From an uncultured delta proteobacterium (GTDB lineage Bacteria > Desulfobacterota > Desulfobacteria > Desulfobacterales > QNYZ01), in contig CAWJQU010000002.1 in the NCBI GenBank assembly GCA_963845145.1, positions 544,001-608,000 on the forward strand: a stretch of 64,000 nucleotides of DNA. The letters run 5' to 3'. Below are positions 1 to 10,817 of the stretch, piece by piece. The notes beneath the pieces are model-generated. The model made no database searches. It was not told the origin of the DNA and worked only from the letters and a program-made list of their open reading frames with translations. Made by a program: the position numbers and the translations under genes. Each line of letters begins with the position of its first letter. Position 1 is the first letter of the stretch.

Positions 1-690
1 AATCTGCCGGGGAAAGGAATGCTCGGGCGAACCAAATTCAAGATGGCCTTCCATGGTAAAACAGCCCACGCCTCGGGCTCACCGGATAAAGGAATTAATG
101 CCCTGGACGCCTTGATCCTCACCTACAACGGCATTAACGCCTTACGCCAATACCTTCGCCCCGATGCCCGAATACATGGCATCATCACCCACGGTGGGGA
201 CGCGCCCAACATCATTCCCGATTATACCGAAGCGCTCTTTTACGTGCGCGCCGGAACGACGGCCTATCGAGAGGAAATATTCAACCGGGTTGTCGGGTGC
301 GCCCAGGCCGGAGCAGACGCCATGGGTGCAACCGTCGAGATAGAAATTGACGGCCCGAAAATCGACGCCATGCATCGTAACAGGGCACTGGAAACAGCTT
401 TTGAAGCCAATATGAAGACATTGAACGTCCCTGTGGATGCCGACCCCGGACGCATGGGGTCGTCGGACATGGGCAACCTGAGCCACGTTCTCCCCGCCAT
501 CCATCCCTACCTGGCCATCGTGGATGAAGGCATCCCCAGCCACTCCGTGGCGTTTCGAGATGCCACCCTGACAAGCCGCGGAAAAACGACACTGCTCAAT
601 GCCGCCAAGTTATTGGCCATGACTGCGTATGATTTCCTGAACTCTCCCCAACTGCAGGAACAGGCCAGATCAGATTTTCAAAAAAAGTAG
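1..690 (+). CDS. M20 family amidohydrolase/peptidase (5' end cut by window edge)
   Basis: FHGKTAHA, NALDA, HGIITHGGDAPNIIP, GSSDMGNLS and IHPY motifs of M20D (AbgB/ACY1L2-like); frame open to base 1. Confidence 0.85.
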   Translation, partial: NLPGKGMLGRTKFKMAFHGKTAHASGSPDKGINALDALILTYNGINALRQYLRPDARIHGIITHGGDAPNIIPDYTEALFYVRAGTTAYREEIFNRVVGCAQAGADAMGATVEIEIDGPKIDAMHRNRALETAFEANMKTLNVPVDADPGRMGSSDMGNLSHVLPAIHPYLAIVDEGIPSHSVAFRDATLTSRGKTTLLNAAKLLAMTAYDFLNSPQLQEQARSDFQKK

Positions 691-694
691 GGGC

Positions 695-1711
695 CTATAG
701 TGATGCGTCATTCAGATAACAAGCGGAAAACCGATTTGGGGCAATCTCTTTGAGCCTTGGCGCTTCTTTTTTGCACTGATTCATCGCCTGGGGACAACGG
801 GGATGAAAGTGACAGCCGGAAGGTGGATCGAGCGGCGAAGGAATCTCACCTTTGACCGGTTCAAAACGCTGCTGCCTGTTTTCTAGCCTGGGCACTTCGC
901 GTAGAAGGGCCTGGGTATAAGGGTGGTTGGGTTCGCTGAAAAGTGCTTCGGCTTCAGCCGCCTCCACCACCCGGCCTAAATACATAATAACAATCCGGTC
1001 GCTGATATGCTCCACAACGCCCAGATCGTGGCTGATAAAGAGATAGGTGAGGTCCAATTCTTCTCGAAGTTTGATAAAAAGATTGAGAATCTGGGCTTGG
1101 ATCGAAACATCCAGGGCTGCAACGGCCTCATCGCAAACGATAAAGTCGGGATTAACGGCCAGGGCCCGGGCGATGCCGATGCGCTGGCGCTGGCCGCCTG
1201 AAAACTGGTGCGGATAGCGTCGTTTAAAGACCGGATCCAGGCCGCTTCGATGCATAACCCGATCGATATAATCGTCCAAACCGGCGCGTTTGACCAGACC
1301 ATGTACCAGGGGTGCTTCACCGATAATATCGCGAACCCGTTTTCTAGGGTTGAGAGAGGCAAAGGGGTCCTGGAAAATCATCTGGATATTCAACGCCATG
1401 TCCCTGGCATCATTGGCGGACAGCGTTCCCACTTCCTGTCCCTTGTAGTAGATCTTTCCGTCACTTAAAGGTAAAATGCCACAAACCATCCGGCCCAGAG
1501 TCGATTTGCCACATCCCGATTCACCCACCAAACCCACGACTTCACCCTTGCCAATATCGAGAGTGACCCCATCCACGGCATGGATGACCTCTTCGCGGAT
1601 ATTGGCCCCCAGTTTCACGCCGATCCGTCCTGCCAGGTCCAGGGACTTTACAAATCGCTTGGAAACGTTTTCAAGTCGGATGATGGGTACCGCCAAAGGG
1701 GACGAACTCAT
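695..1711 (-). CDS. Oligo/dipeptide ABC transporter ATP-binding subunit (DppF/OppF-like)
   Basis: Walker A GESGCGKS, signature FSGGQRQR, Walker B IVCDE, C-terminal oligoHPY domain (HPYT, GCHFHPRC). Confidence 0.95.
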   Translation of the reverse strand: MSSSPLAVPIIRLENVSKRFVKSLDLAGRIGVKLGANIREEVIHAVDGVTLDIGKGEVVGLVGESGCGKSTLGRMVCGILPLSDGKIYYKGQEVGTLSANDARDMALNIQMIFQDPFASLNPRKRVRDIIGEAPLVHGLVKRAGLDDYIDRVMHRSGLDPVFKRRYPHQFSGGQRQRIGIARALAVNPDFIVCDEAVAALDVSIQAQILNLFIKLREELDLTYLFISHDLGVVEHISDRIVIMYLGRVVEAAEAEALFSEPNHPYTQALLREVPRLENRQQRFEPVKGEIPSPLDPPSGCHFHPRCPQAMNQCKKEAPRLKEIAPNRFSACYLNDASL

Positions 1712-2688
1712 AGGCCCTCACATTCAACGGGATGAAAACAACGGATATCACGTCCCAAAACGGGGCTGGTAATTTTCGGCGCGGTCAGGCAGGTGTCATC
1801 TGCCCGGAAGCAACGTTCCCGAAAGGCGCACCCTTTGGGAAGGTTTAATAAAGACGGCGTCATGCCGGGAATCTGGCTGAGAGGCCGACCCCGTTTATTT
1901 CGACTGGGCACCGATTCAATCAGTCCTTTGGTGTAAGGGTGCAGAGGACGGTCGAGGACATCATCGATTTGACCCTGTTCGACAATGCGACCGGCGTACA
2001 TAACGCATATGCGATCCACCAGACCGGCCACGACGGTCAGATCATGGGTAATCCAGATCAGGGCCGTACCGGTTTCCCGACACAGTTTTTGCGCCTCATA
2101 CAGAATCTGGCCCTGAATGGTCACGTCCAAAGCAGTGGTGGGTTCATCGGCAATGATCAAATCGGGTTTATTGATCATGGCAATGGCCACGGCAACCCGT
2201 TGGCGCATGCCACCGGAAAACTGATGGGGATAGGCTCTCAACCGCTCTTCCGCCGAAGCGATACCCACCATTTCCAAAGCGTCACATGCACGACGCCGAG
2301 CCTCGTTACGACCCGTTTTTTCATGGGCCAAAATCGCCTCGATCATTTGGGTGTCGATCCGCAACACCGGATTTAGAGTCATCATCGGATCCTGGAAGAT
2401 CATGGCGATTTTGGCGCCTCGCAAAGAACGTCGCTTTGATTCGGCCAGGCTGGCCAAATCCTGATCGTGAAAAAAAATCTGCCCCCCTACCAGACGGCCA
2501 GGGGGATCCACCAGTCCCAAAATCGAAAATCCGGTCACGGACTTGCCGCTGCCTGATTCTCCCACCAGACCGAGGATCTCTCCTTTGTCCACAGTAAAAC
2601 TGATATCGTCCACAGCCTTAACCACGCCGGCTTTGGTAAAAAAATGTGTCCGCAGGTTCTCTACAGCAAGGGTTGGGTTAGCCGCCAT
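1708..2688 (-). CDS. Oligo/dipeptide ABC transporter ATP-binding subunit (DppD/OppD-like)
   Basis: [31 protein letters not shown]; 4-nt overlap with next gene. Confidence 0.95.
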   Translation of the reverse strand: MAANPTLAVENLRTHFFTKAGVVKAVDDISFTVDKGEILGLVGESGSGKSVTGFSILGLVDPPGRLVGGQIFFHDQDLASLAESKRRSLRGAKIAMIFQDPMMTLNPVLRIDTQMIEAILAHEKTGRNEARRRACDALEMVGIASAEERLRAYPHQFSGGMRQRVAVAIAMINKPDLIIADEPTTALDVTIQGQILYEAQKLCRETGTALIWITHDLTVVAGLVDRICVMYAGRIVEQGQIDDVLDRPLHPYTKGLIESVPSRNKRGRPLSQIPGMTPSLLNLPKGCAFRERCFRADDTCLTAPKITSPVLGRDIRCFHPVECEGL

Positions 2689-2697
2689 TGGGTCTTT

Positions 2698-3630
2698 TCA
2701 TTTTTGTAATCTCGGATTCAGCACGTCCCGCAACTGATCGCCCACCAGGTTGATGCTGACGATGGTGAATAAAAGCGCCACACCAGGGAAAAAACTGATC
2801 CAGTATTTACCGCTGAGCATGTACTCAAAGCCGTTGGCAATCAAAAGTCCCAAAGATGGTTCGGTAACGGGCAATCCGATCCCGAGAAAAGAGAGGGTCG
2901 CTTCCAATGCAATGGCGTGGGCCACCTGCACGGTCCCCACCACGATCAAAGGCGGCAGACAGTTGGGTAACAGATGCCCAAAAACGATCCTTTTGTGGCT
3001 GAGGGCCAGACAGGCGGCCGCCTCGATATATTCCTTGCGTCGTTCGACCAGAGCCGTCCCGCGAATGGTACGGGCATAATAGGCCCATTGTGCAGCCACC
3101 AGGGCGATGATAATCTTGTCCACACCCTGCCCCAAAATGGCCATTAATACCAGTGCGATCAGAATAGAGGGAAAGCTGAGCTGAATATCGACGATTCGCA
3201 TAATCAGCGTATCCGTTCGTCCCCCAAAATACGCGGCAATCAAGCCGATACTGCCCCCGAAAAAAAGCGCCACCAGGGCGCTCATCGCACCCACAGCCAG
3301 ACTGGTCCGCAAGCCGTAAAAAATGCCGCTCAACATATCCCGCCCTTGATCGTCGGTTCCCAGCCAATAGGTATAACCGCTCATCGTGTTTTTTTCTCCG
3401 GGCGGCAGACGGTTATCGAGAATATCGAGCTGGGCCAGATCGTACGGGTCCTGGGGGGAAATGATGGGCGCGAACAGGGCCACAAAAACAATCATTCCAA
3501 ATACCGCCAGTCCTGTCAGCGCGACTTTACTTTCCATAAAATCGGAGATAAATCGCCGGATCGGAGTCTGCGGTGGTGGGATCTGAATCGTATCCGAGTT
3601 AACCGGTGGGGCATCTGTTGGGGTGCTCAT
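2698..3630 (-). CDS. Peptide ABC transporter permease (DppC/OppC-like)
   Basis: LGTDDQGRD, EYIEAA loop, HLLPN, EATLSFLG, GDQLRDVLNP. Confidence 0.95.
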   Translation of the reverse strand: MSTPTDAPPVNSDTIQIPPPQTPIRRFISDFMESKVALTGLAVFGMIVFVALFAPIISPQDPYDLAQLDILDNRLPPGEKNTMSGYTYWLGTDDQGRDMLSGIFYGLRTSLAVGAMSALVALFFGGSIGLIAAYFGGRTDTLIMRIVDIQLSFPSILIALVLMAILGQGVDKIIIALVAAQWAYYARTIRGTALVERRKEYIEAAACLALSHKRIVFGHLLPNCLPPLIVVGTVQVAHAIALEATLSFLGIGLPVTEPSLGLLIANGFEYMLSGKYWISFFPGVALLFTIVSINLVGDQLRDVLNPRLQK

Positions 3631-4604
3631 GCGATTTTCTCCGCCAACCGTACCCGCGGATCAAGGATGGAATAGAGTACATCCACAATGAAATTGATAA
3701 CAATAAACATGGTCACTGTTACCAAAAGGTAGGCCACAATGATGGGCCGGTCGAGAACGCCGATGGAGTCGATAATTAATTTGCCCATACCGGGCCAGGC
3801 AAAGACCGTTTCTGTTACCACGGCAAATGCGATTACATTGCCCAGTTCCAGTCCCAGGACGGTGACTACCGGAATTAGAATATTCTTTAAAACATGCACC
3901 CCAATCACCCGCACATTGGACAAACCTTTGGCCCGGGCAAATTTTACATAATCAAGTTGCATATTTTCGCGTGTACCGGCGCGGGTCAACCGAATGGTTA
4001 AAGAGAGTTTGAACAGCCCCAGATTAATCGCCGGCAACAGGATGTGGGACAACCCGTCCAGGGTCAGAAAGCTCACCGGAATGCCGAACAGATCAACGGT
4101 TTGCCCCCGGCCCGAGGCCGGTAACCAGCCGAGCATCACGGCAAAAATCATGATCAATATAAGCCCCACCCAAAAGGTCGGCAGACTGAACCCGAGGATC
4201 GACCCACTCATGATGGTGCGTCCGATCCACCCCTGGGGTTTGATTCCCGCGATCATTCCCAAAGGAATGCCCATTAACACGGCCAGCAGCATAGCGCCAA
4301 AGGCCAGCTCAAGCGTGGCCGGCATGCGTTGTAAAATCAGTTTTAACGCCGGCTCATTGAATACAAACGAATTGCCTAAATTGCCGCGCAGGGCATTGGA
4401 GAGAAAAACACCGTATTGCTCCCACATGGGGCGGTCGAGCCCCAGCGCTTTCACAGCGTCTTCGTACTCCTGTGGCGTCGCCTCGGGACTGATAAGGATA
4501 TCCACGGGATTGCCGATGGCGTAAACCCCGACAAACACCAGCAGCGACATCACCAAGAGGACAATGGCGCTCTGATAGGTACGACGGATGAGAAAAACAA
4601 TCAC
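3627..4604 (-). CDS. Peptide ABC transporter permease (DppB/OppB-like)
   Basis: GLDRP, GNLGNS, DYVKFARAKGL, ETVFAWPGMG, LDPRVR. Confidence 0.95.
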   Translation of the reverse strand: MIVFLIRRTYQSAIVLLVMSLLVFVGVYAIGNPVDILISPEATPQEYEDAVKALGLDRPMWEQYGVFLSNALRGNLGNSFVFNEPALKLILQRMPATLELAFGAMLLAVLMGIPLGMIAGIKPQGWIGRTIMSGSILGFSLPTFWVGLILIMIFAVMLGWLPASGRGQTVDLFGIPVSFLTLDGLSHILLPAINLGLFKLSLTIRLTRAGTRENMQLDYVKFARAKGLSNVRVIGVHVLKNILIPVVTVLGLELGNVIAFAVVTETVFAWPGMGKLIIDSIGVLDRPIIVAYLLVTVTMFIVINFIVDVLYSILDPRVRLAEKIA

Positions 4605-4644
4605 AAGGTTTTAAAGACCTGATGGGGTTAACTATTGGAAAGGA

Positions 4645-4674
4645 GCATGGCGGGTAACTGGCCACCCGCCATGC
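4645..4674 (-). terminator. Stem-loop between binding-protein and permease genes (attenuating/mRNA-stabilising)
   Basis: GCATGGCGGGT-N8-ACCCGCCATGC, 11-bp perfect stem just after the binding-protein stop. Confidence 0.6.
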
Positions 4675-4689
4675 AAAAATAGCCATCGA

Positions 4690-6264
4690 CTATTTGTTGC
4701 CGCGCACAAAATAGGCCAGGGTATAGGCATCGGTGCGCGCCTTAAATGTCAATCCTTTGCGCATGGCCCAGATATTGACCTGGTAGTGCAGCGGAATGAT
4801 CCCCAATTGATCCATGGCAATCTCGGTGGCCTTGATCAACAGGGTTTTGTGTTTCTCCCGGTCCACGGTACGCAGGGCCTCTTCCAGGGTCGCATCCATC
4901 TCTTTGTTGGAAAATCGGCCGCGATTGGTGTTGCCGTAACCGCTTTCTTTGTCATAGGTGTGCAATAGCGCCCCCAGAGGCGAGGACGGTTCACCGGTTC
5001 CCGACCCCCAGCCAACCAGCATCAGGCTGAATTCAAGTTTCGTCCCCCTGGGAAAGAAGACATTTTTAGGCATCGTGTCGACCTTGGTTTTAATACCTAC
5101 CCGAGCCAGCATCTGGGCAACGGCCTGGCAAATTTTGGCATCGTTGACGTACCGATTGTTGGGCCCGTGGATGGTCAGCCCGAAACCGTCACCCCAACCG
5201 GCTTCAGCCAATAGCTTTTTGGCACCTTCGGGATCGTATTCTTCCGGTTTCACGTTCGGACTCACGGCAAAAAAGCCGTCGGGCAACAATTGGCCGGCGG
5301 CGATGGCATTGCCCTCCATGACACGCGATACGATGGCGGGCCGATTGATGGCCTTGGAAATAGCCCGACGAACACGCACATCTTTAAGCGGGTTTTTGGC
5401 CATTGGTTTGCCATCGTTATCTGTAACAAACGGCGAAACGTCGCGATCACTGTCGATGTGCAGATAAATGACCCGATTGGAGACCGAGCGTTCGAGGGTA
5501 AGCTTGGGATCTTTTTCCAATTTATCGATATCAGCCGTGGGTACAAACTCGATCATATCCACATCACCGGCCAATAGCGCCGCCACCCGAGCCGATGAAT
5601 TCGATAAGGGCTTAATGATAACCTTTTCCCATTGTGCTTTTTCGCCCCAGTAATCATCATTGCGGGTGTAAACGATACGGTCCCCCGGAATCCACTCCAC
5701 GAACTTGAAGGGACCGGTGCCCACCATGGCTTTTCCTGAATTATAATCCTTGGTGGCAGCCCCCTCACCATGTTTTTTTGAAATTACGGTAAACGTCGAC
5801 AGATACGTAGCCATCAACGGAAAAGGTTCCGGGGTTGAAAAACGGATTGTAAGATCGTCGACGATCTCTATTTTGTTGATGTGTTTCATGTAGCGGGTAA
5901 AAGATGAGGGGCTGTTGGGAACCTTGGGGCCCCGCTCCAAGGTGAATTTGATGTCCTCGGCCGTAAAGGGAGATCCATCATGAAATTTGACCCCCCCGCG
6001 CAGCTTGAATTCCCAGGTTAGGTCATCGATGGGTTTCCAGGAAACGGCCAGGCCGGGAACCAGATTTTGTTTGCTATCCTGGTCAACCAGCTTGTCAAAA
6101 ACAAAGATGGCCATCATGTTATTGGGTGTGAGATTATGGTAATGCGGGTCCATGGAACTCGGCTCGGATTTTACACCGATTGTCAGTTCAGCACTCAGCC
6201 CCCAGCCGGGCAACAGCATGACAAAAATCGCAGCCACTATAATAATAAGGTTTCTCGGTTTCAT
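4690..6264 (-). CDS. Peptide ABC transporter substrate-binding protein (SBP family 5)
   Basis: Signal peptide, SMDPH, LRGGVKFHDG, GTGPFKF, DVRVRRAI; SD AGGAG upstream. Confidence 0.95.
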   Translation of the reverse strand: MKPRNLIIIVAAIFVMLLPGWGLSAELTIGVKSEPSSMDPHYHNLTPNNMMAIFVFDKLVDQDSKQNLVPGLAVSWKPIDDLTWEFKLRGGVKFHDGSPFTAEDIKFTLERGPKVPNSPSSFTRYMKHINKIEIVDDLTIRFSTPEPFPLMATYLSTFTVISKKHGEGAATKDYNSGKAMVGTGPFKFVEWIPGDRIVYTRNDDYWGEKAQWEKVIIKPLSNSSARVAALLAGDVDMIEFVPTADIDKLEKDPKLTLERSVSNRVIYLHIDSDRDVSPFVTDNDGKPMAKNPLKDVRVRRAISKAINRPAIVSRVMEGNAIAAGQLLPDGFFAVSPNVKPEEYDPEGAKKLLAEAGWGDGFGLTIHGPNNRYVNDAKICQAVAQMLARVGIKTKVDTMPKNVFFPRGTKLEFSLMLVGWGSGTGEPSSPLGALLHTYDKESGYGNTNRGRFSNKEMDATLEEALRTVDREKHKTLLIKATEIAMDQLGIIPLHYQVNIWAMRKGLTFKARTDAYTLAYFVRGNK

Positions 6265-6472
6265 GGGAGGTCTCCTTTCTAATGATGACTACAGGTAAAA
6301 AACGTGTTTCGTGGGATAATGCGCTTGATTTACTTTATTATAGTTATTATGTGGAACAAGAAACTGTCAAGGCTATTATCAAACGTACTATCAAACTTAG
6401 GTTAAAAGCAGTTGTTTTTGAAAGCCTATTTTTCCACCCTATTCGGCCCAATATCATAAGAGGTAAAAATTT

Positions 6473-7915
6473 ATGGCAAAATATGACATTCTTGTTAAGA
6501 ATGGGTTATTGGTGGATCCGGCCAACGATCGGCTGGGTGTGTTTGATATCGGCATAAAAGATGGCCGGGTAGTGACGGTTGCATCCAATTTATCAGACGA
6601 TTCAGCCAGTACTTACTATAATGCGTCGGGCAAGCTACTCCTTCCGGGACTGGTGGACACCCACGTCCATCTAACCCCTGCGGCCGTCCGTGGGGTCGGG
6701 TTGCGGATGCTGGCATTGGGCGGTGTCACTTGCGCTTTGGACTGCGCGGGTCCGGTAGAAGAAGTTATCAAAGGCATGGCTCAAATGGGTTCCGGCATCA
6801 GTGTGGCCGTTTTGAACCGGCTCGACCCTGGAATCACGATTAGCGGACCGGATGCCGGCAAACCTGAATTGATGGATTATCTCGACACGTCCCTCCAAAG
6901 AGGTGCCATCGGTTTTAAGATACTCGGCGGACACCTGCCACTAAGCCCTGAAACCACAACCGCAGCCATCGACATGTGCAATCGTGAAGGGGCCTATGTC
7001 GCCTTTCACTGCGGCAGCACCTTAAACGGAAGTAATCTTAACGGCTTACGTGATAGCTTCGATTTCGCCGGCACAAACCGCGTTCACATCTGCCACGTCA
7101 ATGCATATTGTCGCGGTTTGACCCATGGCTCACCGTTGGCCGAGATTCAGATGGCATTGGAAGACCTGTCCGCACGAAGACAATTTATAAGCGAATCGCA
7201 CCTGGGCCCCTTCAATTGCGCATGGGCCCGGCTGGAAAATAACATCCCACGAAGTCACGTCACACGCACCTGCCTGAACATGGGCGGATTTGAAGCGGAT
7301 AAAAACGGCCTTTTGGAAGCCGCCCGTAAGGGCTACATGCTGGCCTTAAAACCAGTCGCGCGCAGCGTTATTTATGTAAAAGGAGATGAAGCGGCCACTT
7401 ATCTGGAAGAAAACAATTTTGATATCATGGTATCTTTTCCTGTGAACCTTCGCTCCACGGCCTTTTTAGCCGCGACGGAAAAAAATAAAAACAAAAAATT
7501 TATCGTAACGGCTATCAGCACGGACGGCGGTGGAATACCGCGCAACTTTCTATTAAGCCATGGCTTGAGCCTGGTCCGCTTCGAAGCCCTGACACTCCCG
7601 GAATTTGTCCAAAAATGCGCCTGGCATCCGGCAAAAATGCTGGGATTGCATCAAAAGGGCCACTTGGGCACCGGGGCGGACGCTGATCTGGTCGTGGCCG
7701 ATCCGGATACCCACCAAGCCTTACTGACGGTTGCCGAGGGAAAGGTCATCATGGTCAACGGGATCGTCACCGGTACGGGGGGCACCCTGATTACCACCGA
7801 CCGGTACAAACCGGAATCAAACGCTACGGGAATCATCCATTTAACCACTGACCTTGCGGGTAGCCTGCTGTATGAAAAGCGTTTTGAAAAAAGCCTCCCA
7901 TCATGTAGCCATTGA
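6473..7915 (+). CDS. Metal-dependent amidohydrolase superfamily protein (dihydroorotase/D-aminoacylase-like)
   Basis: PGLVDTHVH, PAKMLGL.KGHL.GADADLVV; SD GAGG. Confidence 0.8.
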   Translation: MAKYDILVKNGLLVDPANDRLGVFDIGIKDGRVVTVASNLSDDSASTYYNASGKLLLPGLVDTHVHLTPAAVRGVGLRMLALGGVTCALDCAGPVEEVIKGMAQMGSGISVAVLNRLDPGITISGPDAGKPELMDYLDTSLQRGAIGFKILGGHLPLSPETTTAAIDMCNREGAYVAFHCGSTLNGSNLNGLRDSFDFAGTNRVHICHVNAYCRGLTHGSPLAEIQMALEDLSARRQFISESHLGPFNCAWARLENNIPRSHVTRTCLNMGGFEADKNGLLEAARKGYMLALKPVARSVIYVKGDEAATYLEENNFDIMVSFPVNLRSTAFLAATEKNKNKKFIVTAISTDGGGIPRNFLLSHGLSLVRFEALTLPEFVQKCAWHPAKMLGLHQKGHLGTGADADLVVADPDTHQALLTVAEGKVIMVNGIVTGTGGTLITTDRYKPESNATGIIHLTTDLAGSLLYEKRFEKSLPSCSH

Positions 7916-7961
7916 CTTACCCTTTAGAAAAATTACTTTTAATCAGGAAGGAAAATCATAA

Positions 7962-8849
7962 ATGGCCTTACAGTTTGAACCGATTGATCTCCTGAAACAG
8001 GCTGCCTATACGCGTTATTACGATCAATGCTCACAGAAAACATCGGATTACAGCTTTGTCAACCTGTGGGGATGGGCAGCGGCCTATGGTCTGAAATGGG
8101 CATGGACTGATAATCTGGTATGGATAAAAGAGACCATTCCTGCCGAACGGTATTGGGCCCCGGTGGGCAACTGGAAAGATGTCGATTGGAATATAATTTT
8201 CAAACAACTGTTCGATATCGCCGGGAAGCCCGAGTTTATCCGGGTTCCCGAGGCATTGCTTCTTTCCTGGCAAAAGGCTTTGAAACAAGCCCTCATTGTC
8301 GAAGAAACCCGAGGGGACTGGGATTACCTGTATTCGGTGTCGGAATTGATTGAACTTAAAGGGAACCGGTATCATAAAAAGAAAAATTTACTCAACCAAT
8401 TCAAACGACGGTATACGTATCGATATCTCCCTTTCAACGCTTCATTAGTGGAAGCAGCCCTTGGCATGCAAAACGACTGGTGTACCTGGCGGGATTGTGA
8501 ATCGTCGGACATATTGTCAGCGGAAAACGAGGCCATCTCAAAAATTTTAAAAAACTGGGAAACACTGAGGCAGCTCATGGGAGGGGCTCTTTTTGTGGAT
8601 GATCGGATCGTTGCCTACACGATTGGTGAGCAACTCGACCCGACCACACTCGTCATTCATTTTGAAAAAGGTAACCCGGAGTTCAAGGGCGTTTACCAGG
8701 CCATTAATCAGATGTTTCTGGCCCGCTCAGCCGATACCTTTCACATTGTCAATCGCGAACAGGACTTAAATCAGGCCGGCCTTCGCAAGACAAAAGAATC
8801 CTACCATCCGGTCGAATATAATAAAAAATACCAGGTTTCCTTGAAGTAA
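7962..8849 (+). CDS. DUF2156 / aminoacyl-phosphatidylglycerol-synthase C-terminal-like GNAT protein
   Basis: SDYSFVNLW, DYLY..L..LKG..YHKKKN, HFEKG, VNREQDL..GLRKTKESYHP. Confidence 0.8.
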   Translation: MALQFEPIDLLKQAAYTRYYDQCSQKTSDYSFVNLWGWAAAYGLKWAWTDNLVWIKETIPAERYWAPVGNWKDVDWNIIFKQLFDIAGKPEFIRVPEALLLSWQKALKQALIVEETRGDWDYLYSVSELIELKGNRYHKKKNLLNQFKRRYTYRYLPFNASLVEAALGMQNDWCTWRDCESSDILSAENEAISKILKNWETLRQLMGGALFVDDRIVAYTIGEQLDPTTLVIHFEKGNPEFKGVYQAINQMFLARSADTFHIVNREQDLNQAGLRKTKESYHPVEYNKKYQVSLK

Positions 8850-8877
8850 CGCTTACAAAATCAATAAGGGGGTCAAA

Positions 8878-10788
8878 ATGAAACGTATGGGCGACATGCT
8901 GCTGACCCGGACACCTTTTGAGGAAATCGTTATGGGTAATACCGCCGTGGTGCGGGGCATGGTGGAGGCCGGCACCCGTGTGGTCACATCCTATCCCGGT
9001 TCACCCACCCCTGAAATTGCCACGGCCATTCTTTCCATTCCAAAAGATAAACGGCCGTTTTATTTCGAGTTCTCCGTCAATGAGAAGGTGGCCACCGAAG
9101 TGGCCTACGGCGCGGCGGTGAATGGTCATCTTGCCACGGTCTTTTTTAAAAGTGTCGGTCTGAATGTCGCTCTGGACACCTTTGTCCAGTTGAGCCTGAT
9201 GAATATCATCGGTGGCATGGTGATTATCTTAGGAGACGATCCAGGGGCCAACTCATCCCAGAACGAACAGGATAACCGCCATATTGCGCGAATGAGCTAC
9301 ACCCCGATCTTTGAACCGGCCAATCCCACGGAAGTTTATCATTTTTACAAAACCGCCGCCGCGTTTTCACAAAAACAGCATATGCCTGTCATCCTGCGCC
9401 TTACGACCCATGTCTGTCACGCCAAGGAGAAGGTCCGTTTTCAATCCTGGCATCCACCAGATGAAGACAGACGTCCCCGGTTCAATCCCGCCAACGGTCC
9501 TTATATTCCACTAACCGTTGATGTTTTCCCCAAAAAACAACGAGCGCTGGTAAACCTCGGGAAGACCGAAAAATTTTCCAACCACTCCGAGTTAAATCAG
9601 TGGATCGATAACGGCAACGCCGACAGAGGCATCATTACCGCTGGATTGCCGTTTTTATCGTTACTGGATCTCTTTGAATCCGATTCAAATAAATCAACCA
9701 AACTTTCCAGACCGAAGGCCGGCAGGCCCGACATATTAAAACTCGGCATTGTCTACCCCCTTGCCAATGACTTGGTTGAAAAGTTTTTAAAAACCCACCG
9801 GGAAGTGAAAGTACTCGAAGAGCTGGATAATGAACTGGAAAAAGAGATCAAAACCCTCGCGTTTGACAAACAAATACCTGTCCGGATTTTCGGGAAATCG
9901 GATATAGACGACTGGCACGGGGAGTACACGCCGGATAAGGTTCGCACCGTCCTTGAAAAGGTATGGCCGGACTTGCTCACGCCCCTTATTGTATCCGGCT
10001 CTATCAACATGGAAGTCCCCGCCCGTCCGGCCCAGATGTGCCCTGGTTGCGGACACCGTAGCGCCTTTCATGCCATTAAGCAGGCGCTTTCGGACACCGA
10101 TATCACCGTGGCCGATATCGGTTGCCATACACTCGGCTATCTACCGCCCTATGAGGTGGGACAACTGCTCATGTGTATGGGTGCCTCCACAGGTATGGGC
10201 TCTGGTTTGTCCCTGTTTAACGATACGCGCAAAGTCGTGGTTTTCATGGGGGACTCCACCTTTTTCCATGCCGGCTTACCGGGGATTATTAATGCCCTTT
10301 ATAACCGACACCCCATCACGATGATCCTGATGGAAAACGGGACCACCGCCATGACCGGACACCAGGGGCATCCGGCATCGGGACGTAATGTCAACCAGGC
10401 CACCGACGCCATCCCTCTGAAAAACGTGTTGGCGGGCCTGGGGGTTCCACATATTTACGAAGTGGACACCTATCAGCAGGCTAAATTAACCGAACTTGTA
10501 AAACAGGCTGTGGCCAATGATGCATTCAGCGTCGTCATCGCCCGGCACCCATGCATGCTGAAATTTGACCGGGAACAGCGCCGGAAGCCTGGTTTTAGCC
10601 GTCGGCAGGTGAATATCGAACAAAAAAAGTGTCAACGCATCCACGAATGCGTTGAAGTGTTTGGTTGTCCCAGTTTCACGCGCGCGGAGAACGGGCAAGT
10701 AACGATTAACAGCGACCTTTGTATCGGTGATGGCTCCTGTCGACAAACCTGTCCGGTAACAGCCATCACCAACCCTAAATCGGATTAG
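8878..10788 (+). CDS. iorA: Indolepyruvate ferredoxin oxidoreductase alpha subunit
   Basis: YPGSP, SVNEKVA, DDPGANSSQNEQD, CPGCGH, DIGC, TPP motif GDSTFFH...ENGTTAMTG, C-terminal ferredoxin. Confidence 0.9.
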   Translation: MKRMGDMLLTRTPFEEIVMGNTAVVRGMVEAGTRVVTSYPGSPTPEIATAILSIPKDKRPFYFEFSVNEKVATEVAYGAAVNGHLATVFFKSVGLNVALDTFVQLSLMNIIGGMVIILGDDPGANSSQNEQDNRHIARMSYTPIFEPANPTEVYHFYKTAAAFSQKQHMPVILRLTTHVCHAKEKVRFQSWHPPDEDRRPRFNPANGPYIPLTVDVFPKKQRALVNLGKTEKFSNHSELNQWIDNGNADRGIITAGLPFLSLLDLFESDSNKSTKLSRPKAGRPDILKLGIVYPLANDLVEKFLKTHREVKVLEELDNELEKEIKTLAFDKQIPVRIFGKSDIDDWHGEYTPDKVRTVLEKVWPDLLTPLIVSGSINMEVPARPAQMCPGCGHRSAFHAIKQALSDTDITVADIGCHTLGYLPPYEVGQLLMCMGASTGMGSGLSLFNDTRKVVVFMGDSTFFHAGLPGIINALYNRHPITMILMENGTTAMTGHQGHPASGRNVNQATDAIPLKNVLAGLGVPHIYEVDTYQQAKLTELVKQAVANDAFSVVIARHPCMLKFDREQRRKPGFSRRQVNIEQKKCQRIHECVEVFGCPSFTRAENGQVTINSDLCIGDGSCRQTCPVTAITNPKSD

Positions 10789-10817
10789 CAAACCTGCTTG
10801 ATTAAGGATAATCGCTC